Source: a virus
Lineage: Duplodnaviria > Heunggongvirae > Uroviricota > Caudoviricetes
IMG/VR virus record: IMGVR_UViG_3300047323_000428
Coordinates: 21,208-85,207 of that record
Reading direction: 5' to 3' (one strand)
Length of the DNA: 64,000 nt
Shown: piece by piece, positions 1-8,694 of the stretch
Layout of the letters: each line of letters begins with the position of its first letter
Numbering within the stretch: position 1 is the stretch's first letter
Made by a program: the position numbers and the translations under genes
Notes under the pieces: model-generated
Told to the model about the DNA's origin: nothing
What the model saw: the letters and a program-made list of their open reading frames with translations, nothing else
Databases searched by the model: none

Positions 1-81
1 GCGGTCGATGATTTCGTCGATGACGCCAGCGACCAACTGGTTGTTGCTCAGCAGGTCGGCCGTATCTTTCAAAAGAGGCAT
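1..81 (-). CDS. N-terminal 27 codons of a gene that continues beyond the window start. By synteny (immediately downstream of the scaffold gene) this may be the major capsid protein.
   Basis: ATG at 79-81 on the minus strand, preceded by an AAGGAA ribosome-binding site. The frame stays open to position 1 (MPLLKDTADLLSNNQLVAGVIDEIIDR...). Confidence 0.45.
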   Translation of the reverse strand, partial: MPLLKDTADLLSNNQLVAGVIDEIIDR

Positions 82-180
82 TGCTTTTCCTTTAAGAGAG
101 AGGGAAACAGTTTCGTTTCGGGCCTAGGTCGCTTTAGTCACCGATAGGACGCCACAATACCACAAAATGGCGTCTTTGAA

Positions 181-198
181 CAGTCATCTTTGACTGTT
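181..198 (-). promoter_or_regulatory. Copy of the dispersed phage dyad motif, abbreviated PDM in later entries (CAGTCATCTTTGACTGTT; a perfect AACAGTCA/TGACTGTT palindrome)
   Basis: Matches the PDM consensus TAGTCAGTTTTGACTGTT. Lies between the scaffold stop and the capsid-like gene start. A CCTAGG site is nearby at about 123-128. Confidence 0.7.
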
Positions 199-219
199 CG
201 ACCAGGCCCGGAAACCGGA

Positions 220-1140
220 TCAGTTGAGCTGGATATTCAGCCCCTTCAGACCCGAGGCGATGCGCGAAACGCCCTTCGCTTCCGCGTCGGTCTTCGTCAC
301 ACCTGCCTGCTTGCCGGCGGGCACCGTCGAGGCGGAACCTGCACCAGCCTTCACCTTGCTTTTCAGCAGGAAGTCCTTCTCCGGGTCCGCGTCGATGATC
401 TTCTTGAGCGCTTCGTCAAACGACAGCGTATTGCCCGAGGCGTCGACGATCGGGGTGCGGCTCGCGGCCGACTTCGGCTTGTCGTAGCCGACGACCTTGC
501 CGTCGACCAGTTCGAAGTGCTCGCCGTAGATCACGCGGGCCTTGGCCGGGGTGAGCGCCAGTTCGTTGTTGATGAACTGCGAGGCGGAGAACTGCGTGCC
601 GATCGTGAGTTCGTTGATCTGGCCGTCGCGCGCCGAGAGGGCGCTCTGCAATTCGGCGATGCGGCTTTCGAGCGACTGCTTTTCCGTCGAGTGCTCGGCG
701 GCCATGCGTTCTTTCAGACGGCTCCACTCGCCCTTCGCTTCGAGCGCGGCGGTTTCGGCGTCGGACTTTTCCTTCAGCAGCGCGCGCACCGCTTCCGGGT
801 CGATGCCTTCGAAGCGCTTCAGTTGCTCGCGTGCTTCGGCCAGCGCAGTCTCCGACTCCTGCAGCTTCGCCTTCTTCTGCATCACGTCCTTGAGCAGCTT
901 CGCCTCTTCGTCGGTCGGCTTCTTCTCGCCGGAGGGCTCGCCCTTCTTGGCAGCTTCGGCGGCCGCAGCTTCTTCGGCCTTCTTCGTTTCGGCTTCAGCA
1001 GCGGCAGCCTTGGCTGCAGCGTCTTGCTCAGCCAGTGCGGCTGCGATCTTGTCGGCGCCACCGGACTTCGGGCCATCTTCGGCGGCCGCGTCCATGTAGC
1101 GTTGGGAGATCAGCAGTTTGCGCAGCAGTGCGTTCGGCAT
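220..1140 (-). CDS. Head scaffolding protein (Ala/Glu/Lys-rich coiled coil)
   Basis: 306-aa low-complexity alpha-helical protein located between the portal gene and the capsid-like gene. ATG start with an AAGGAA ribosome-binding site. Confidence 0.6.
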   Translation of the reverse strand: MPNALLRKLLISQRYMDAAAEDGPKSGGADKIAAALAEQDAAAKAAAAEAETKKAEEAAAAEAAKKGEPSGEKKPTDEEAKLLKDVMQKKAKLQESETALAEAREQLKRFEGIDPEAVRALLKEKSDAETAALEAKGEWSRLKERMAAEHSTEKQSLESRIAELQSALSARDGQINELTIGTQFSASQFINNELALTPAKARVIYGEHFELVDGKVVGYDKPKSAASRTPIVDASGNTLSFDEALKKIIDADPEKDFLLKSKVKAGAGSASTVPAGKQAGVTKTDAEAKGVSRIASGLKGLNIQLN

Positions 1141-1218
1141 TTCGTGTGTTCCTTTTCGACCAGTCTCTAGGTCAGTGGGTGTGAAAATGCCGCCCTATTC
1201 TCTTGGGCGGCGGGTTCT

Positions 1219-2856
1219 TTAACCTTCCGATTGGGTCTTGAGCGATTCGGTGCCCACGGCCCGGTCGGAGAGCTTTTGGGTTTGCTGCGCGGCCGTGTTG
1301 TTCGGGTCGAGCAGCGGGTCGATCGGCGGCCAGTCCTTCAAGTCGTTCAGCATCTTCGCCTTGATATCCTTGGCGAGCTGCGGGAAGAGCTTGTCGATGA
1401 CCGCCTTCATCTGTTCCTGACGCATCGAGTCGGGCGCGTCGATGAGCATCAGGCGCGCGGCGATATCGAATTCGTCGTAGAGGCCGCGCACATCGAAGTT
1501 GTCCGGGTAGGAAACAAGCGCGTCGGAACCGTCTGCCACCGTCTCGCCGTTCCAGAGCGCGACGAGCCGGGCAATCCTGTTCTCGATCACCTGCAACGAA
1601 TCAGCCTTGGCTGCCAACAGAGCGTTCACTCGCTCGAAGTCGTAGGCCTTGGCGACACCCGAAGAGTTGTCGATGCCGAGCGAGTTGTCCTGTTTGGTTC
1701 GCTCGCCTGCGAGGCCGCAGGTGTGGTAAATCTCGTTGATGATCTTGTGGATCACGTCGAGAATCATTTGGGCCTGTTTAGGGTCCGGGGAAATGTAGGC
1801 CGGCGCGCTGCCGCCCTCGCCGTCGTAGAGAAAGACTCGCTTGGTGCCCATCTCCAGCATCTTCGTGTAGTTGTCCTCGCCCGGCAGCATGTTCTGTGCG
1901 GGCATCGCCAACTGCGAAAACGTCTGGTCCTGGATGATCGCGTCGAGGTTCGAGAGGTAGTTCGCCACCGCCCGGTCCAGATAGGCAATGTCGTCGATCA
2001 TCGACGGCGCCACATACAGCTCGTCGTTGATGACGTGATCGCCCAGCACCACCGGCACTTCGCCCAGGTTGTGAGCGCCCTGGCCGATGCGCACGACCTT
2101 CTGCTTCTTGCCCTTGCCTTGCAGCTCGAACAATTGCCAGTCCGTCTTCGTCCAGAGCCGGAAGCGCTGCAGGATTTCGCCGGAGGAGTTCAGCGGATCG
2201 GCGTCATCGCGCGCGCTTTCCTGCAGGAGAATCCAGTTCAGGCCGCCCTTGTCGTCGTAGCTGTAGTCGAGCACCTGATCGGGGCCGACGATGTAGGCAT
2301 ACGTCTGCACGCCGAGCGCCTTCTCTTCGGCGCGGTTGGCGGGCAGCGTCTCGGCCGGCGGGTTGTCGACCACGATAGCGACACGGCCGGCGCGGGAGGT
2401 GCGCGAGGCAATCTGACGCGAGAGGTCGTTGATCGACAGACCGTTGCGCGTGGCCTTCGTCCAGAACTGCTTGACCGACTCGGGCGCGTCATCGAGGTTG
2501 CGCGTGATAGCCTGCTTGAAGAGGTATTTCGTCAGCAGGTCGACCACTTCCTTCGTGTGATTGAAGCGGTAGGCGCGCGCAAGCCGGTCGGAGAACTCGC
2601 GGTCGCCTTCCTTGATGTAGCGAAACACGTTCGTTGCAAACCACTCGCGGCCGCCCTCGTAGGTTTCCTCGATGAACTGCCAGTGGTTGATCGTGTTTTC
2701 GTATTCCGGGTGACGGCGCTCCACCAACGCGCGCAGCTTCTTCTGCTCGTCGTCAGCGGGCGTGAGTCCCATCGCGGAGGCGGAATCGACCTGTTTGGGG
2801 TCGAGCGTGGCCTGCTCTCCGGTCTGAAACTGCTTGGTGTTGAGGTTCGTTGGCAT
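1219..2856 (-). CDS. Portal (head-to-tail connector) protein
   Basis: 545 aa, positioned between the terminase large subunit and the scaffold gene. This size and position are typical of a portal protein. Confidence 0.6.
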   Translation of the reverse strand: MPTNLNTKQFQTGEQATLDPKQVDSASAMGLTPADDEQKKLRALVERRHPEYENTINHWQFIEETYEGGREWFATNVFRYIKEGDREFSDRLARAYRFNHTKEVVDLLTKYLFKQAITRNLDDAPESVKQFWTKATRNGLSINDLSRQIASRTSRAGRVAIVVDNPPAETLPANRAEEKALGVQTYAYIVGPDQVLDYSYDDKGGLNWILLQESARDDADPLNSSGEILQRFRLWTKTDWQLFELQGKGKKQKVVRIGQGAHNLGEVPVVLGDHVINDELYVAPSMIDDIAYLDRAVANYLSNLDAIIQDQTFSQLAMPAQNMLPGEDNYTKMLEMGTKRVFLYDGEGGSAPAYISPDPKQAQMILDVIHKIINEIYHTCGLAGERTKQDNSLGIDNSSGVAKAYDFERVNALLAAKADSLQVIENRIARLVALWNGETVADGSDALVSYPDNFDVRGLYDEFDIAARLMLIDAPDSMRQEQMKAVIDKLFPQLAKDIKAKMLNDLKDWPPIDPLLDPNNTAAQQTQKLSDRAVGTESLKTQSEG

Positions 2857-2868
2857 AGTGGCGATTAT

Positions 2869-2886
2869 TAGTCAATATTGACTGTT
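2869..2886 (-). promoter_or_regulatory. PDM copy (TAGTCAATATTGACTGTT)
   Basis: Lies 12 nt upstream of the portal ATG. On the minus strand it reads AACAGTCAATATTGACTA followed by ATAAT. Confidence 0.8.
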
Positions 2887-2893
2887 ATGCAAG

Positions 2894-4162
2894 TTAGACA
2901 GAGAGCCCGCCAAGTTCCAGACGGCGAACCGGGAATTCGAGGTCGATGCAGTAGCCCGCGGCGTCAGCCGAGTGCTCGGTGCCGGCGGCCTTGTCTACAT
3001 CCCGGCTGCCCGGCTTGTAGATGGTCTGCTCCAGCGACTTGATGAAGTGCTTGCACGAGGCGTCGATGCGAAGCCGCACCTGCCCGTCGGCCGAGCGCAG
3101 CATCCGGTTCACCGCATTCACCCGGTCGGCAACGAGCGGGCTCTTCCTGCGGAACTTGATGCGCTTGAAGCCCTTCTCGCGCAGAATGTCCAGATCGGTT
3201 TCGCCACGCGCGTGCTGGCGCTGCCCACCCGCCGGGTCGGGGTAGATCACCATCTGCTTCTGGTGGCGCCAGTATTTCTTCTCCAGCGCGTCGGCCGTCT
3301 CTTCGGTGTTGGATCCGAACTGCACGATTTCGTCGACCGCCCACAGCTCGCCGTTCTCCTGAAGCTGGAAAATGACGGTGGACATGGGATCGATGTTGAA
3401 GTCCATCCCCACCCAGATCGGCAGGCGCGGATTGAAGGCGTAGGTGCCCACGTGCGTCGCCCGATCGAACGGGTAATAGACGCGCCCGCTCATGGTCTCG
3501 AACGATGCTTCGAACTCCTGTTTATATGACTTGTCATCCATGTCCCGCTTTGCCGCTTCCAACTCCTGCAGCGGAATGAAGGGTGACGTGAATGTCGGGA
3601 ACTGCCAGCTCGCCCACTCGTTCATGCGCGGGCGGCCGTTCGCGTCGAGATACTGCTCGCCGCGCTGGCCCATCATGTAGACGGTGTGCAGGTAGTTGTA
3701 GGCCTTGGGCGTGCCGATGAACATCGCGTGGCCGCCGGTGTCGGCAAGCGTCGGTCGCAGCACCTTGGTCCACGTCTCTTCGCTCATGTCCTGGAACTCG
3801 TCCAGCACGAGGAAGTGGATACCCACGCCTCGCAGCGAGTCTGCCTTGTCGGCGCCCTTCAGTTCGATCCGGCTGCCATTACGCAGGTAGATCGTGAGGC
3901 TCGTCTCGTTGACCTTCTTGACCCACTTCTTCGGGATCGCCTCCAGCAGATCGGTCCACATGATCTGCTTAGCCATCTTGTAGGTCGGGGCCACATACCA
4001 AATCTTGCGCCGCTTGATCTGGGCGAACTTGATGAGCAAAACCTTAGACAATTGAGTTTTGCCCCAACGTCGCCCCGCGACGACCACCCGAAAGCGATGC
4101 CGGTCCTGATAGACCATCATCTGCTTCGGGTGCAGCGAGAGGTTCGCGGACTTGGCGGCCAT
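2894..4162 (-). CDS. Terminase large subunit
   Basis: Walker A box VVAGRRWGKT in an N-terminal ATPase domain and a C-terminal nuclease-like domain. Its start overlaps the terminase small subunit stop (ATGA). Confidence 0.8.
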   Translation of the reverse strand: MAAKSANLSLHPKQMMVYQDRHRFRVVVAGRRWGKTQLSKVLLIKFAQIKRRKIWYVAPTYKMAKQIMWTDLLEAIPKKWVKKVNETSLTIYLRNGSRIELKGADKADSLRGVGIHFLVLDEFQDMSEETWTKVLRPTLADTGGHAMFIGTPKAYNYLHTVYMMGQRGEQYLDANGRPRMNEWASWQFPTFTSPFIPLQELEAAKRDMDDKSYKQEFEASFETMSGRVYYPFDRATHVGTYAFNPRLPIWVGMDFNIDPMSTVIFQLQENGELWAVDEIVQFGSNTEETADALEKKYWRHQKQMVIYPDPAGGQRQHARGETDLDILREKGFKRIKFRRKSPLVADRVNAVNRMLRSADGQVRLRIDASCKHFIKSLEQTIYKPGSRDVDKAAGTEHSADAAGYCIDLEFPVRRLELGGLSV

Positions 4163-4818
4163 CAGTCGCCCTCGCCTTCGTCGACGATCTCGTCGTCATC
4201 GAGCGCGGCGAGTTCCGCCTCGAGCTCGGCCTGGTCGGTGCCCGGCAACTTCAGATCGTCGTCCTCGTCGCGCTCCCGCAGCGCCTCAATCTGCTCGGCG
4301 GTGAGTTCGGAAATCACGAGGTCCGGCAGCCCGTCTTCGTCCATCGCGTCGTCGCGGTCCAGACCCAGCACGGCCCAGCGCTCTTCGCGTGCCTTCTTGA
4401 GCACGGTCATTGCCGCATCGAGCGCCTTCAAGTTGTTCAGCGCGGTCGAGACAGCCCGACCCTCGCTCTTTGCCAGCAGAATTTCGTTCCAGGAGAGCTT
4501 CGCGAGGCCGGCGGCCATCTTGTAGTGCTCTTCCTTGGTTTCCTTGATGCGCGCAGCGAGCACGGTCGCGTCGTCGATCGCCGCCTTGGTGACTTCTTCC
4601 TTCACCGCGGCCTTGTGCTCCTCTTTCTTCTTGCCCTTCTCGATGCCTTTGGCCTTGAAGTGCGCGGAGAAGGCCGAGCGGTGCTTGCCAAAGCGCGCGG
4701 CCAGATCCTCGAGGGTGACTTCACCCGACTCCCAAAGCGCTTCAGCCTCGGCCCATTGCTTGGGCGTGAGGCGCGCGTGCTTGGTCTTCGGTGCCGCTAC
4801 AGCAGTTGCTTTCGTCAC
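4162..4818 (-). CDS. Terminase small subunit (helix-turn-helix DNA-binding)
   Basis: Sits immediately upstream of, and is translationally coupled to, the terminase large subunit. Has an N-terminal helix-turn-helix-like segment (LTPKQWAEAEALWESGEVTLEDLAARFG) and an acidic C-terminal tail. GTG start with an AAGGA ribosome-binding site. Confidence 0.55.
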   Translation of the reverse strand: MTKATAVAAPKTKHARLTPKQWAEAEALWESGEVTLEDLAARFGKHRSAFSAHFKAKGIEKGKKKEEHKAAVKEEVTKAAIDDATVLAARIKETKEEHYKMAAGLAKLSWNEILLAKSEGRAVSTALNNLKALDAAMTVLKKAREERWAVLGLDRDDAMDEDGLPDLVISELTAEQIEALRERDEDDDLKLPGTDQAELEAELAALDDDEIVDEGEGD

Positions 4819-4845
4819 TACCAGATCCTTCTCGTTTCAAAATCC

Positions 4846-4874
4846 AAAAAAAAAGGGCGCGTGAGGTGGCGCCC
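4846..4874 (-). terminator. Rho-independent terminator (GGGCGC-N8-GCGCCC followed by a T9 run on the minus strand)
   Basis: Stem-loop at 4855-4874, preceded on the plus strand by a 9-A run (which is the T run on the minus strand). Lies between hypothetical gene 4941-5336 and the terminase small subunit gene. Confidence 0.75.
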
Positions 4875-4937
4875 ATTTCGGAGAGAGAAACTTGCTTCGT
4901 AGGGCTCCACTGTAGCGGCCGCTTTAGCCGTTGTCAA

Positions 4938-4955
4938 CAGTCAATCTTGACTATT
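4938..4955 (-). promoter_or_regulatory. PDM copy (CAGTCAATCTTGACTATT)
   Basis: Overlaps the stop codon of gene 4941-5336. It lies upstream of the terminator and of the terminase small subunit gene. Confidence 0.65.
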
Positions 4956-5336
4956 GGCCTCCGCGAGCAAATGCAGCAGCCCCAGTGCGAGCGCGCAGCC
5001 TTCGTCGTCTTGCTCAAACGTGCGCACAAGCTCGCCATTGAGCTCGAACACGCAAACCCACACCCCGCCCGGTTCGGGGAGCAAGAAGAACGGTTTCCCG
5101 CGCTTCTGAAACGCTTCTGCGGTGAGGGATTGATTGAGCGCGAAATCGACCGCGGGAACCCAGTTCTGTTCGGTGGGCGTGCCGGCTTGTCGGTCCCAGC
5201 ACTTCACGATGCCGTCCTGGATCTCGACGAAGAAGCCGAGGGTCATCGCAATCTGGGCGTTGACCATCTGGGGCGACACCGGACCCGTGCCCAGCACCCG
5301 CGCCGCCGAGCATTGATCTATGTGTTCTTCATTCAT
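4941..5336 (-). CDS. Hypothetical protein (131 aa)
   Basis: ATG at 5334-5336, preceded by an unusually AT-rich approximately 60-bp island (5337-5400). The longer ORF 4941-5771 in the table is rejected as an out-of-frame N-terminal extension. Confidence 0.5.
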   Translation of the reverse strand: MNEEHIDQCSAARVLGTGPVSPQMVNAQIAMTLGFFVEIQDGIVKCWDRQAGTPTEQNWVPAVDFALNQSLTAEAFQKRGKPFFLLPEPGGVWVCVFELNGELVRTFEQDDEGCALALGLLHLLAEANSQD

Positions 5337-5446
5337 TACTTCTTTCTTCTTTGTATAAGTTATATGTTTTATATACGGGAGCGGTATGGGAGCCCAAGTC
5401 ATACCCGTGTGAGGTTGCGGACCCTGAAAACACGCTCCCGTCGTCA

Positions 5447-5758
5447 TTACACCGGCACCAGGAGCGCGTCTTCTTCGACACTGGTGACATACGCCGGCGC
5501 CTTCTTGCCCACGCTCACGTAACCGGCCCCTTCCGAGGTGATGCCGATCAGCACGTGGCGGCGGCCGCGCCGCTTTTCGCTGCCCACCTTCTCGATGAGC
5601 CCATGCTTGATGAGCGCGCGGATCGAAAACTGGATCGACGCCTTGGTCGTCTCGTAGTTGATGCGCTCGATGATCTGGTCGAGGTCGCACGCGGTTCCGT
5701 CCGGGTTGGCGGCGGCAATCACGTGCAAAAGCTCGATCTGCTTGACTGTCAGGTGCAT
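5447..5758 (-). CDS. MarR/winged-helix family transcriptional regulator
   Basis: Winged helix-turn-helix-like segment (LDQIIERINYETTKASIQFSIRALIKHGLIEKV...RRGRRHVLIGITSEG). Its ATG overlaps the stop of the upstream gene. Confidence 0.55.
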   Translation of the reverse strand: MHLTVKQIELLHVIAAANPDGTACDLDQIIERINYETTKASIQFSIRALIKHGLIEKVGSEKRRGRRHVLIGITSEGAGYVSVGKKAPAYVTSVEEDALLVPV

Positions 5759-6666
5759 CAGGCGGCTCCAACCGTGCGGTAGAGGGTCAAGGGTGCATCG
5801 ACCGGCTGGACGTCGAATTCGAGCAGGCTGATGCGCTCCGGCAGCTCACGGCCAAAGTCAGGGTTCTGGTAGACGCCGTAGAGCGGGCTTGCAAACACCA
5901 ACTGCTGGATTTGCTTGAGCAGCCACCCCGTGGCATACCCGTCGATGCGCTCCCGTGCGTCAAAGCGCTTGTTGCCCGACTTCTCGCGGCTGGAATTGCG
6001 GAAATAGAAGTCGCGCATCTCCTTCACGCACTTTTCCCGCACGGACGCCGGCATGGCCTCGAGCTCTTCCATCACGCCCACGTAGTCCGAGGGGATCGAA
6101 TCGAACCAGCGCCGGAAGAACACCAGGCCCGCCTCATACTTCTGCGACGGCTCGGGCTTCACAAAGCGCACGCCGGCCTTCCCTGCGAACGGGTTGAACT
6201 TGCTCATCGAGGACTGGAACTCCACGATGCGCGCGCCGCTCATGCGCATCATGAGGTTCTGCATCCGATACGCGATCCCGGCGCCGCGATACATGGTGTC
6301 GAGCACCAGGCGGCTGTTCGTGGTCGCGTTGTCGTTGATCCAGTTCAGGCGGTATTTGTTGATGAGCTTGGTGTCCATGCCGCCCTGGTTGGGACGTAGG
6401 TGCGTGAACGCCTTGTTGCGCCCGGAGGAGATCGCCGAAGACACCGTCATCACCCCGACGCCGATCGTCTGTCCGCGCAGCACGCAGCGGTAGAACTTGG
6501 GGCCAAACGGCAGGTTCTCCGCCTTGTAGTGGAGCTCGTGCAGCAGATCCCAGTCCGCCTTCGTGCCGCGCTCCACGTAAATCTCGGGCAGAAGCGACAG
6601 TGTGTGGTTGGTGGGCGCCGGCGTGCGCTCGATCAGCACATCGGCGTTGTCAGTGATGATGGTCAT
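5758..6666 (-). CDS. Putative GNAT-family acetyltransferase-like protein with a C-terminal extension
   Basis: GNAT motif-A-like segment LVLDTMYRGAGIAYRM. 302-aa ORF with a clean ATG. Confidence 0.35.
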   Translation of the reverse strand: MTIITDNADVLIERTPAPTNHTLSLLPEIYVERGTKADWDLLHELHYKAENLPFGPKFYRCVLRGQTIGVGVMTVSSAISSGRNKAFTHLRPNQGGMDTKLINKYRLNWINDNATTNSRLVLDTMYRGAGIAYRMQNLMMRMSGARIVEFQSSMSKFNPFAGKAGVRFVKPEPSQKYEAGLVFFRRWFDSIPSDYVGVMEELEAMPASVREKCVKEMRDFYFRNSSREKSGNKRFDARERIDGYATGWLLKQIQQLVFASPLYGVYQNPDFGRELPERISLLEFDVQPVDAPLTLYRTVGAA

Positions 6667-6669
6667 GAC

Positions 6670-7014
6670 TCAGTGCGCCTCCGAGCTCGAGCCGACGTTG
6701 GCCGTGTTGACGCACATGGTCGTCATGGTCGGGTCATAGCCGACGCCGACTGTGCCGCCAAGCGAGACGCCGGCCGGATTGGTGAGAAAGCCGCCCCGTG
6801 CGAGCCCGCCGCTAATGAGCGCATCGACGCTGACGCCGCGAAAGCCGTCATCTCGATCGACCGTCTTCGGCTTGTCGTTCTTCGGCTGAGCCTTGGCTGG
6901 CGCCTGACCGACGGACGCCAGCTTCAACTGCAGCTTTTCCTTGAGGTCGGCATCCATCAGCTCGTTGCCGTCGAGGAAGCCCTCGAGCCACATGCAGAAT
7001 TGTTCGGGCGTCAT
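6670..7014 (-). CDS. Hypothetical protein (114 aa, Gly-rich C-terminal half)
   Basis: ORF with an ATG at 7012-7014. Co-oriented with its neighbours. Confidence 0.45.
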   Translation of the reverse strand: MTPEQFCMWLEGFLDGNELMDADLKEKLQLKLASVGQAPAKAQPKNDKPKTVDRDDGFRGVSVDALISGGLARGGFLTNPAGVSLGGTVGVGYDPTMTTMCVNTANVGSSSEAH

Positions 7015-7157
7015 GCGGCCACCCCTCCCGTCGGCGGAAGGTCGTCGTCATCGAGCCGCTTGTGCCGCTTTTGCCACGAGCGTTCGAACACCGCGGCCGC
7101 CGCCAGCACGATCACGAGGATCGTGGGCAGCGCCACAACAAACGAGAGCGCGTCCAT
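7011..7157 (-). CDS. Small membrane protein (48 aa, one transmembrane helix)
   Basis: ATG at 7155-7157 immediately after the thioredoxin stop. Hydrophobic core FVVALPTILVIVLAAAAVF followed by a basic segment (not separately listed in the ORF table). Confidence 0.4.
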   Translation of the reverse strand: MDALSFVVALPTILVIVLAAAAVFERSWQKRHKRLDDDDLPPTGGVAA

Positions 7158-7158
7158 G

Positions 7159-7509
7159 TCAGAACTCCAGCTTGAGAGCGGATTCGGCCATCCCCAGGTC
7201 GCGGAAATACTCGCGCAGGGCTTCTTCGGTGCGATCGCCGTTGAAGCGCCCCTTGGGCACGCCCGCCTCGATCGTGATGACCGTGGGCACCGCACGCACG
7301 CCGAAAAGCGCTGCCAGCTCGCGCTCCTCGCCTGCGTCGACGATGGCGACCGTGAAGCCGTATTCGTCGGCGATCTTCGAGAGCTTGGGCTTGAGCAGCT
7401 TGCAGGGACCGCACCAGGATGCGGTGAAAGCGACCACGACCGCATCGTCGAGCGACTTCTCGGTCACGGCGATATCGAAGGTGTCGCGGGTCGGGTTAAT
7501 GGTCGGCAT
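7159..7509 (-). CDS. Thioredoxin
   Basis: WCGPCK active-site motif in a 116-aa thioredoxin fold. Confidence 0.85.
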   Translation of the reverse strand: MPTINPTRDTFDIAVTEKSLDDAVVVAFTASWCGPCKLLKPKLSKIADEYGFTVAIVDAGEERELAALFGVRAVPTVITIEAGVPKGRFNGDRTEEALREYFRDLGMAESALKLEF

Positions 7510-8155
7510 TTTTGAATCCTTCAGGTGCGTAGGCGATCTCGATCTTTTCCCGATATCGCTTGTTGATGAAGACGTCCGGCGCCAGGTCGTCGCGCAGATC
7601 GTCGTGTGTGGTTGCCACGATGAGCGTTGCGCCGACCTTTCGGGCGATGCGGCTCATGTTGTAGGCGATGACCTTGGCCGTCGTCCGGTCGACCACCGCC
7701 AGGAATTCGTCCGCAACCCAGACCTGAGCCTTCGACTCGATGAGCTTGGCAAGACGGAAGCGGTAGCGCTGGCCGTCCGACAGTTCACTGGGCTTGCGAA
7801 TGAAGAGGTAGGCGTCGTTCAGGCCGGCGATCGACAGCAGCCGCAGCGCGTCGTTGGTGTCGACACCGATCTGGTCGATGAGCGGGCAGTCGCGGAACTC
7901 GATGGCGTCGATATCGGCGACAACGAATCCGGCGTCAGCCATCATCGGCTTCAGTTCGCGCAGCACGGTTGACTTGCCCGAGCCGGACTGGCCCGTCACG
8001 TAGACGACGTCGCCTTGGTGGATATCGAGCGGCTGGTTGTCGAAGACGACGAACTCCTTGTCGTCCAGACCGAGCCCGAAGGCTTCGGCGACTTCCAGCA
8101 CGCGGTCGGAGCGCTCAACCGAGGCGGTGTAGCGCTTGTTGATGATGTAGGTCAT
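7496..8155 (-). CDS. Standalone ABC-type ATPase (no membrane domain)
   Basis: Walker A GQSGSGKST, signature LSDGQRYRFRLA, Walker B VWVADEF and H-loop TTHD. The true start is the ATG at 8153-8155 (M12 of the listed ORF). Confidence 0.6.
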   Translation of the reverse strand: MTYIINKRYTASVERSDRVLEVAEAFGLGLDDKEFVVFDNQPLDIHQGDVVYVTGQSGSGKSTVLRELKPMMADAGFVVADIDAIEFRDCPLIDQIGVDTNDALRLLSIAGLNDAYLFIRKPSELSDGQRYRFRLAKLIESKAQVWVADEFLAVVDRTTAKVIAYNMSRIARKVGATLIVATTHDDLRDDLAPDVFINKRYREKIEIAYAPEGFKNADH

Positions 8156-8157
8156 GC

Positions 8158-8676
8158 TCAGGCCGCCTGCTTGTTGATGCCGACCCACCAGGCCATCGCA
8201 GCCGGGTTGTCCTGCCAGAGCTGGCAGAGCCCGTGCGCGGTGCGCGTGGTGAAGTCCTCTTCGTCCACGTTCTCGCCCATCAGCTCGAAGTGCCAGTGAA
8301 TGGCGTGCAGCACCTCGTGGATGAAGGTGTCGGCGAGGTTCTGCGCGTTCTGGTCCGGGGCGAGCCGGATCGACTGGGAGATCGGGTTCATGTGGCCGAA
8401 AGCCATCATGGCCTGGCTGTCACCGCTCTCCTGCACCGACACGGAAAAGCGGAAGTTGCCGATCTTGAGCGACTTCGGGATGCCGTGATACGGGTCGAAG
8501 GGCTTGGCCTTCACTCCGCGTCGAGTAGCACCACCAGCAGCGCGAGCGCCAGGAGCTCGTCGTCGTTCAGACACACCAGCCTGTTCGGCTTCGCTGAAAG
8601 CCACGCCGCGAGGGCGATCGACGCTCCCACCAGCATCGCCACGATGATCGTCACTGTGTTCATTTCGCATAGTCAT
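8158..8676 (-). CDS. HExxH zinc-metallopeptidase-like protein
   Basis: FIHEVLHAIHWHFE motif (HExxH followed by an extra His). 172 aa. Confidence 0.4.
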   Translation of the reverse strand: MTMRNEHSDDHRGDAGGSVDRPRGVAFSEAEQAGVSERRRAPGARAAGGATRRGVKAKPFDPYHGIPKSLKIGNFRFSVSVQESGDSQAMMAFGHMNPISQSIRLAPDQNAQNLADTFIHEVLHAIHWHFELMGENVDEEDFTTRTAHGLCQLWQDNPAAMAWWVGINKQAA

Positions 8677-8687
8677 TTTTGAGTGTT
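8670..8687 (-). promoter_or_regulatory. Degenerate PDM copy (TAGTCATTTTTGAGTGTT) overlapping the start codon of 8158-8676
   Basis: Two mismatches to the consensus. The intergenic gap here is only 18 nt. Confidence 0.45.
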
Positions 8688-8694
8688 GGCCTGG

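Noticed and set aside
190-2871. Long plus-strand ORFs (190-1170, 1231-2871, and others of the same kind such as 45935-47113, 56638-58071 and 58906-60006) antisense to minus-strand genes
   Set aside because: They are the mirror frames of well-supported minus-strand genes (scaffold, portal, sbcC, dnaE). They have Arg/Gly/Leu-rich compositions and lack plausible ribosome-binding sites. Such antisense frames are typical artefacts of high-GC DNA.
4941-5771. 276-aa ORF 4941-5771
   Set aside because: The N-terminal 145 residues overlap the MarR-like gene 5447-5758 out of frame and are Arg/Pro-rich. The real start is the ATG at 5336, after an AT-rich promoter-like island.
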